Assembly (NCBI GenBank): GCA_014728035.1
Contig: WJMJ01000079.1
Coordinates: 96,001-160,000, forward strand
Direction: 5' to 3'
DNA length: 64,000 nt
From: Promethearchaeota archaeon
GTDB taxonomy: Archaea; Asgardarchaeota; Thorarchaeia; Thorarchaeales; Thorarchaeaceae
In this document: positions 57,721-64,000 of the stretch, piece by piece
How positions within the stretch are numbered: the stretch's first letter is position 1
Layout of the letters: every line of letters begins with the position of its first letter
Made by a program: the position numbers and the translations under genes
The notes under the pieces: generated by a model
What the model saw: the letters and a program-made list of their open reading frames with translations, nothing else
The model's database searches: none
Told to the model about the DNA's origin: nothing

Positions 57721-59829
57721 TTAAGTGCCATCGATTATTGTTATGTACAATGAATGCCAATTGAAGTCTTTAATTGAAAATGAACTTATACGATTTGCTT
57801 GGTTTGTGAGCAAATTAGTATGATATATGTGATTTTTCAATTCTAGGTAGTAATTGCCATAATCATCAATAACTCCGCAGTTTCTTGGATCTTCTTTTCC
57901 ATTAGAGTAATATCCATTATGCCATTTGAACCAATGCGCTCCTACTGTGAATGGAAGAGCGAATAATTGACTTATGAGGTTTTGATATGCAATCCCTCTC
58001 TGTATCTGGGTATTGACAGTTTTTTGCCTCCATCTCTCGATAGGTACATCTGTGTCAGCAGCAGCTACACCAAATTCGCCAATTATTATTGGGCGCTTAG
58101 TGGTTTTGTAAAATGTGTCTTCTAGGTCCAGAAGGTATTCTCTGATGTAATGCGTTCTCATTCTGTTATAGTCTGGATATGCATTAATACCGATAATATC
58201 AAAATCTGAAAAGAGATCCATCACTCGTTTTAGGCACTTGGAGTAATAACCTGGTCCATCGTATGCAATACGATTTGATATAATCAGCTTGTGTGGAGTG
58301 TTATGTGCATCTTCTGCAGTTTTGACTGCATGAATCACATGATAGCAGTATGCTCGATAGATCTCTCGTTCGAATGCATACATGTCCTGCATAACTCTAG
58401 TATCGTTCCATCCGCGGATTCGAACCGGATCATTTCTTGATTGAAGGTTCTGCCAAGAAGAATACGAGTATGTGTGCCAATTGCTAGACCATGCTAAATT
58501 CAATTCCCCAATCGTTTCATATACTCCATTTGGTGGTATTTTTGCCCCACTTACTAGACTGGTTAAATTTCCCTGTAACCATTCTGTTAGGACTCTACTA
58601 CACGCTTCGCTGTAGACATATTTGTAAACTGGGCCATATGCCATTTCATTGTCGGTCCAATATCCCAGAAAGTCTTCTCTCTCAAGTAACCACTCAGGCA
58701 TGCTATTATTTGCTAATTGATAAACATAGTCTTGCCAAGCTGCATCAAATGGGTCTGGAAATTGATGAGCTCCATTAGCACCGAATGTAGTACCGATATG
58801 GTCTTGTAGAACCCAATTTGGTGTTTCTTCTTCAATAGTAACTTCAGTTCCGAAGTTCAGCCATTGGATATAGTTACGTGTTGGACCATTCACAGTATCG
58901 CGATATCCCGTATTACAGGCTAAATCCTTCTTGAGCATGAGTCTTGCTAAACCACGATAGGTTTCAATCTCCTGACTATTTGGCTCACCTAGATTTTCCC
59001 ATAGGTATGGATTTGATTCTGGATTCAGTCCTGCACTAACAACACTTGTAGACCAAAAACAATGTCCTGTTTTATTTACTAGCCACCACGAACCAGCAAT
59101 CTTCTCAAGATGAGTTGTTTCTCCTGATGAACCAGTTGGTTTATCCCCCCCTAGACTTGGAGGTTCAAAACGACCTAAGGTTGATACACTGTTGTATTGT
59201 GTGTCAGATAGTTCTACGAGAAATATATCATCAAACCAAACCGTTCCCGGTGAATTATCTAATTGTATGTCAACTCTAATTGATGTGGTCCCGGACGGAA
59301 TAGTTTCAATGACAAATGAGTTAGGTATCCACGCAGTTTCATTTGAACAACGGAATAAATCAATATCCAATGTTTCTTCTAGACTGTTATATTTCACTTT
59401 TGTTTCAATTGATCCGAAATCTACGTTTTCTGATTTTGTATACAGATGCAATAGAAATCTTCTCTCTTCTACATTTGAACTAGAGAATTGGACATTAGTA
59501 TATAGAATTGGTCGATTCTCCCAGCCTTCTTCATTCCATGAATTACTTAGCATTAAACAACGATTTCCAGAATGAGCTATTTGTTCATCATGGATCCATG
59601 AGTATTCAGCGTTTCCAGCGTCATAATGCCATTCTTCAGGCACACCATCATCTGAATATACACCTTCTTCAAAACTTGGATTCCTAATAAGATTCTCTAA
59701 ATTTGAAATATTAAGTACATTTCCGTTAATTGAATCATGTGGAGATTCATAGAAAGTGATAAAGAGCAACGTCCCCAACAATCCGATGATAGCAAGAGAA
59801 ATTATCATTTTGCCTTTTCGTGATGGCAT
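57721..59829 (-). CDS. Membrane-anchored glycoside hydrolase (GH50/beta-agarase-like, clan GH-A) with N-terminal carbohydrate-binding module
   Basis: N-terminal TM; NLIRNPSFE...VWFDDI CBM; FPDPFD, GYWTDNE (acid/base), IIGEF (nucleophile), VGAHWF. Confidence 0.8.
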   Translation of the reverse strand: MPSRKGKMIISLAIIGLLGTLLFITFYESPHDSINGNVLNISNLENLIRNPSFEEGVYSDDGVPEEWHYDAGNAEYSWIHDEQIAHSGNRCLMLSNSWNEEGWENRPILYTNVQFSSSNVEERRFLLHLYTKSENVDFGSIETKVKYNSLEETLDIDLFRCSNETAWIPNSFVIETIPSGTTSIRVDIQLDNSPGTVWFDDIFLVELSDTQYNSVSTLGRFEPPSLGGDKPTGSSGETTHLEKIAGSWWLVNKTGHCFWSTSVVSAGLNPESNPYLWENLGEPNSQEIETYRGLARLMLKKDLACNTGYRDTVNGPTRNYIQWLNFGTEVTIEEETPNWVLQDHIGTTFGANGAHQFPDPFDAAWQDYVYQLANNSMPEWLLEREDFLGYWTDNEMAYGPVYKYVYSEACSRVLTEWLQGNLTSLVSGAKIPPNGVYETIGELNLAWSSNWHTYSYSSWQNLQSRNDPVRIRGWNDTRVMQDMYAFEREIYRAYCYHVIHAVKTAEDAHNTPHKLIISNRIAYDGPGYYSKCLKRVMDLFSDFDIIGINAYPDYNRMRTHYIREYLLDLEDTFYKTTKRPIIIGEFGVAAADTDVPIERWRQKTVNTQIQRGIAYQNLISQLFALPFTVGAHWFKWHNGYYSNGKEDPRNCGVIDDYGNYYLELKNHIYHTNLLTNQANRISSFSIKDFNWHSLYITIIDGT

Positions 59830-59865
59830 GATTTATCGTCATTGAATCTGCTCCAAAAAGGATTA

Positions 59866-61200
59866 TTATGATAGCTCCGTTGATTCTGACAATTCTCGTT
59901 GTCTTTTTCTTTCTTCTACAATTTGTTTATTTCTTCTAACAGCTAAATACATGGGAATTACACAGAACGGATACAGCATGAAAGCAATTGGGAAGAAGAA
60001 CCTTCCAAATGGCACAATCCCACCCATTATACCGATTCCCAAAAGATATGAAGTAAGAAGCGTTCCTGTTTGTCTTGGAAAGGTCCACATGACTCTTGTG
60101 AGCGCGAGAGACCTCGCTCTACGCTCAGAGGAAATTTCGCCCATGAACAGTGAATTTGATGCAGGTCTCGCCATATTTGCAACTGCCATTCTTACAACAT
60201 AGAATCCGACCATCACAAGAAAAATCGGAATGTACACCATTCCTATTGTCAGTAAGGGTGTCATCAGATACAATAGAAGAATCATTTTGATTTTTCCCAC
60301 CCGTTCACTCTGAAGTCCTACAAATAGAGTTCCAGATGCCAAAGTAAGATTTGCTACTGCTGGCACAGATCCGAGAATAACTGGGTCTGGTGTATATGCT
60401 GCATTTATCCAGGGAATCAGATAAGGAACTACCATTCCACTGCTAATTCCCATCATTGCTTGACTAATCCCAAATAGAATAGCAGTGATCAAGTCATCAC
60501 GAGATTCACCATTGAGTTCCTGTGAATCCTCCTCCTCCTTTTCGATTTCTTCTTCTATAGCAGGTGTGATGTCTGGATTTGCGTGAAGCCATCTTTCTGT
60601 GAAGAATCCAAAGATACCTGCAGATAATCGAGCTCCTCCCATGATATAGAATAGAATTGCGTATCTGAATAACGGATCTCCAGCTAATGGAAATGCTACA
60701 GGGTCGATAATGAATCCTGCTAGAAACGGACCTGATGCTGCGGCAAGCGTTGCAACTGCAATTGTGATTCCGTATGATTTGGTACGTTCATCTCCCTTTT
60801 TTGTGTGATCTGCAATCAGAGAATCTAGTGATGTTCTGGTGAACCCAGAACCGATTCCAGTAAGTGCATATACGAGGATTATCATTAGCGAGTCTGTTAC
60901 AAATGGAAGATAGAATAAACAAGCACCATTAATAATTCCACCAAATAGGATTGCTGAACCTCTACCTTTTCTGTCGCTTAGAGTACCTGCTGGAAATAAG
61001 GCAATTGCTTGAACATATCCCGCTGCAGCTACCATTACTCCATAAAATGCTTCATCCTGACCAATGGCGAGAGCGAATAATGGGAGTGCGATTGAATTGA
61101 GCGCAAAACCAAAACGGTTGAAAAGACTTAGCAAAGATAGTCTTGCAATCTTCTCAGTCTTTTTGTCTTTAGCACGTGATGTTAAGCTCTCTACACCCAT
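59866..61200 (-). CDS. MFS transporter
   Basis: Twelve TM segments; motif A GTLSDRKGR. Confidence 0.93.
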   Translation of the reverse strand: MGVESLTSRAKDKKTEKIARLSLLSLFNRFGFALNSIALPLFALAIGQDEAFYGVMVAAAGYVQAIALFPAGTLSDRKGRGSAILFGGIINGACLFYLPFVTDSLMIILVYALTGIGSGFTRTSLDSLIADHTKKGDERTKSYGITIAVATLAAASGPFLAGFIIDPVAFPLAGDPLFRYAILFYIMGGARLSAGIFGFFTERWLHANPDITPAIEEEIEKEEEDSQELNGESRDDLITAILFGISQAMMGISSGMVVPYLIPWINAAYTPDPVILGSVPAVANLTLASGTLFVGLQSERVGKIKMILLLYLMTPLLTIGMVYIPIFLVMVGFYVVRMAVANMARPASNSLFMGEISSERRARSLALTRVMWTFPRQTGTLLTSYLLGIGIMGGIVPFGRFFFPIAFMLYPFCVIPMYLAVRRNKQIVEERKRQRELSESTELS

Positions 61201-61388
61201 GTAAATCTCTCTTAACTCGTTCTAAGATGGTGGTTCTAGATTTGTCTGGCTATTGGCAAAATAAATGAATCCAATGCGGATATTGATTTGTCCATCAATG
61301 TACAATCAGCGCCCTATTATAATATCTACTCAACATTCATAATGGATTGAGTTCATGAAAATACAAGAATTCCAAGGGGACTAGATTA

Positions 61389-62996
61389 ATGGATAATGAT
61401 GATATATTTGAAGAAGATTTTGACGAAGGCATGTATCTTGAGATACTTCGTGATAATCCCCCATTGAAACGATATGTGTCTCGTGGTGACACTCCAGATG
61501 ATGTGGATATTTCAGGTCCACACGAAGATGCTGACGCTGCAATATCTAGGGTTATACGCTTTACAAAGAGTGATGGCACCCCACGTTTCCTCCCGGTTTT
61601 GGGTAGTGCTGGTATGGGGAAGACACATCTTTTCTGGGTAACTAAAGATCGAGAAGAATACATGACACCTGGGCCTTTTCTTACGGTTTATGTGCCCTCA
61701 CCACCCTCACCCATTCGAGTCCCTTTACATTTCTACGCATGTCTGGTAGACGAGGCTGGTGACAACATTTTCAAAACCACTGCAAGAATGCTATTAGAAA
61801 AATTTGGTGAGAAGAAGGGAGTATTCAGACAGCATTACGATTTTACTGATGTTATGAATGAAGCAGCTAGGGAATATCCTGGACTTGCGGCTGACGTAGT
61901 AAAGGTGATTCTTAGATATGAGCTAGATGAAAAGAAGCGACCATTGGCTAGAAGGTGGTTATTGGCAGACGCTCTCAGTGATGAAGAGCTTGATGAATTA
62001 GATGTTCGAACTATTCTTGAAGAAGACGATATAGTCATTATCGCCTTCAAATTGCTAGCTGAAGGTTCTGAGAGGCCTCTTGTACTGTTTGTTGATGAAA
62101 TGGAAGGACCTTACAATACACATGGAGAAGAAGGCGAAAGGCAATTCTTGGAGGTAATCAAGAGACTCTACAATGAATGTCAGAACTTGGTACTTATTGC
62201 ATCTTGTCTTAGCGAAATTTGGGCAAGGGTCTATGATATTGCAGATGCTCCGATGAAATCTAGAATGGAAACACCTGTTCAACTACGACATTTCACTCGT
62301 GATGATGTAGAAGAGTTCGTCAAAGAAACAATGATTCGTTATTGGGAAGAACAGAATATCGATTCACCAACTGAAGGAATCTTTCCAATGAATGCAGAAG
62401 ATATTGATGCAGCGTTCAAAGCCTCTAATGGTGTTCCACGGGAAGCTATTCGCCAGGTCATTACCCGCCTTGATTCCATATTATTTGGAACGAAAGCAGA
62501 ACCAGAACTACCTGTACAAGATGACTATGTCGTTAAGCTAACAGCGAATGTGGTTGTTGGAGCTATCATCAAGGGTCTAAAACTTGCTGCTACTTCAAAA
62601 GGAGTTGAAGTAAACCTTCATGTTGCAAGTGGTAATGTTGGAAAACAAGCTACTGCTATTGTTGTTGTTAAACAAGGCGATACAGAACATTTCATTGGTA
62701 TCGATGTACCAAATGTTAAGGATTGGAATAGAAGTGGTGGTGTTGGTGCATACTATTCTGCAAAACGGTTGAAAGATTTGATTGCTAGTGGAGACTGTGA
62801 AAAGGCAATTATGGCCGTTCCAGAAGAAACATCCGGAGCAAAATTCGAATCTCTGAGTGAGGAGTTAGGTGAAGACCTCTTTACACTTTTGTTGGATGAA
62901 GAGTCTGCTACTGCTCTGGTGAAGATTACTAATATGGACCAACTCACTCCAAACCTTGAGAAATTCTTCAGTCACATTGTCGATAAACTCTTCTAA
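61389..62996 (+). CDS. AAA+ P-loop ATPase (BrxD/DUF2791-like) with C-terminal alpha/beta domain
   Basis: GSAGMGKT, LFVDEME, ARRWL, Arg finger MKSR, GVPRE. Confidence 0.8.
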   Translation: MDNDDIFEEDFDEGMYLEILRDNPPLKRYVSRGDTPDDVDISGPHEDADAAISRVIRFTKSDGTPRFLPVLGSAGMGKTHLFWVTKDREEYMTPGPFLTVYVPSPPSPIRVPLHFYACLVDEAGDNIFKTTARMLLEKFGEKKGVFRQHYDFTDVMNEAAREYPGLAADVVKVILRYELDEKKRPLARRWLLADALSDEELDELDVRTILEEDDIVIIAFKLLAEGSERPLVLFVDEMEGPYNTHGEEGERQFLEVIKRLYNECQNLVLIASCLSEIWARVYDIADAPMKSRMETPVQLRHFTRDDVEEFVKETMIRYWEEQNIDSPTEGIFPMNAEDIDAAFKASNGVPREAIRQVITRLDSILFGTKAEPELPVQDDYVVKLTANVVVGAIIKGLKLAATSKGVEVNLHVASGNVGKQATAIVVVKQGDTEHFIGIDVPNVKDWNRSGGVGAYYSAKRLKDLIASGDCEKAIMAVPEETSGAKFESLSEELGEDLFTLLLDEESATALVKITNMDQLTPNLEKFFSHIVDKLF

Positions 62997-63003
62997 AAAT
63001 CTA

Positions 63004-63029
63004 ATACACCCGTTTCGTGACGGGTGTAT
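63004..63029. terminator. Bidirectional hairpin terminator
   Basis: ATACACCCGT-N6-ACGGGTGTAT between convergent genes, with T-runs on both strands. Confidence 0.75.
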
Positions 63030-63036
63030 GCTTTTT

Positions 63037-63999
63037 CTAGTAATATCTGCGTTTCAAGTAAAACAAGGTGAATATACCGCCAGCACCTGCAGCACCAATT
63101 CCTAACCACATCATGGTCACGTTGCGATTCAATCTGTTGAATTCCACCCATGGATCTTCCAAGGAATACCGTATCGATATTTGTCCATCAGGATTCTCTG
63201 CAAACAGATCGTTATTGTAGTTAAGAGAACTCTCTCCCAGTGTATCAAATATAATGAATAGATCTGGAACTTCAGTAAGAGAACCTCTATCTATCCAGAG
63301 TGAATATCGATGGTCTTTTTCACAGGTGAATGTGGTGTAGACTGAATCGTTTGAGATGGTATATAGATAGGTTGCTTTGTTATTGTCCCCATAGTCTTCA
63401 AAATCGATGATGTAAGCTGTAACATAAGGATGGTCATCGTAGTATGGAATGCCAAGTAGTCCAATTAGAAGCTCACATGTTTCACCTTTGTTGTATATGA
63501 AAAAGTAAGCTTCTTCTTCCTCTAACATTCCTATCCATTCGATCCAAATTCGACTCTCAGAACCAGATTGTCGAAATATGTAGGGATTTGCTTCACTAAA
63601 ATAAGTGATGGATATAGTGTTAGCATCCTGATAATCAATGTCTAGTTCATAAGATTCAGTATATTGAAAATCAATATCTTCAGGAGAATGTATTGATAGA
63701 TTGTAAACAGCATCATCAAGTGGGTCTCTATTTGTAACGGCAATAGTATACAATGATGCAGCTTCTGCGTTAAATTGACATCTACAGGTGTAGTTCTCAA
63801 AATTATTACAAGTCGCTATTGCATTCTCTGAATAATTCCAGTTCTCAAACTCATAAATCGCAATTCCTAATTGAGGCCATCCAGTAGAACCCACGAACTC
63901 TAATACAGTGGCATTGACTGTGATTGGATAATCAGTCGCCCCTCTAACCCAGAGAACAAAAAATTGTGTGGTGTCTGCTTTAATTCCTTCATGTTCATA
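63037..63999 (-). CDS. Extracellular protein with C-terminal membrane anchor (5'-truncated)
   Basis: Frame stays open past 63894 to the window end; C-terminal TM followed by a KRR stop-transfer signal. Confidence 0.8.
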   Translation of the reverse strand, partial: YEHEGIKADTTQFFVLWVRGATDYPITVNATVLEFVGSTGWPQLGIAIYEFENWNYSENAIATCNNFENYTCRCQFNAEAASLYTIAVTNRDPLDDAVYNLSIHSPEDIDFQYTESYELDIDYQDANTISITYFSEANPYIFRQSGSESRIWIEWIGMLEEEEAYFFIYNKGETCELLIGLLGIPYYDDHPYVTAYIIDFEDYGDNNKATYLYTISNDSVYTTFTCEKDHRYSLWIDRGSLTEVPDLFIIFDTLGESSLNYNNDLFAENPDGQISIRYSLEDPWVEFNRLNRNVTMMWLGIGAAGAGGIFTLFYLKRRYY

Positions 64000-64000
64000 G

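Noticed and set aside
325-62947. Numerous 60-160 aa ORFs overlapping the called genes (e.g. 12099-12581, 15967-16422, 43748-44233)
   Set aside because: These are antisense or alternate-frame shadows of well-supported genes, without motifs or ribosome-binding sites.
1-64000. CRISPR arrays, rRNA, SRP or RNase P RNA, IS elements
   Set aside because: No regularly spaced repeats, no conserved RNA signatures and no transposase motifs were recognised.

Overview
AT-rich archaeal chromosomal segment, most likely from an Asgard archaeon and probably Thorarchaeia. This is inferred from archaeal TFB, BRE/TATA promoters and GGTGA/GGAGG ribosome-binding sites occurring together with Rab- and Arf-like GTPases and several longin-domain proteins. 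It holds about 55 genes and one tRNA-Cys, with no CRISPR array, integrase or transposase seen. Contents, left to right: a giant Ig-repeat surface protein; two tandem tfb genes followed by an unannotated structured RNA or mini-ORF; a DtxR-controlled feo operon with split FeoB, divergent from larA; cysS; an ArsR/ABC exporter operon; an AlkB alkane monooxygenase; a patchy accessory stretch (about 25-33 kb) with gene remnants; tRNA-Cys; a Rab-like GTPase; an orphan Eco31I/Alw26I-type m6A plus permuted m5C methyltransferase pair; two paralogous longin-GTPase-longin-winged-helix proteins; a beta-CASP RNase and NAD kinase-wHTH fusion divergent from nadA; a MinD/longin operon; a hybrid histidine kinase with a KaiC fragment; ppa, kbl, a CaCA exchanger, a GH50-like hydrolase, an MFS transporter and an AAA+ ATPase. 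The best candidates for undescribed systems are (1) the active/pseudo Arf-longin-NPRL2-like pair at 38-42 kb, (2) the NAD kinase-wHTH/nadA/beta-CASP module at 42-46 kb and (3) the structured RNA at about 8.0 kb that is complementary to the 5' end of the tfb transcript. All family assignments come from motif recognition by eye, not from database searches.
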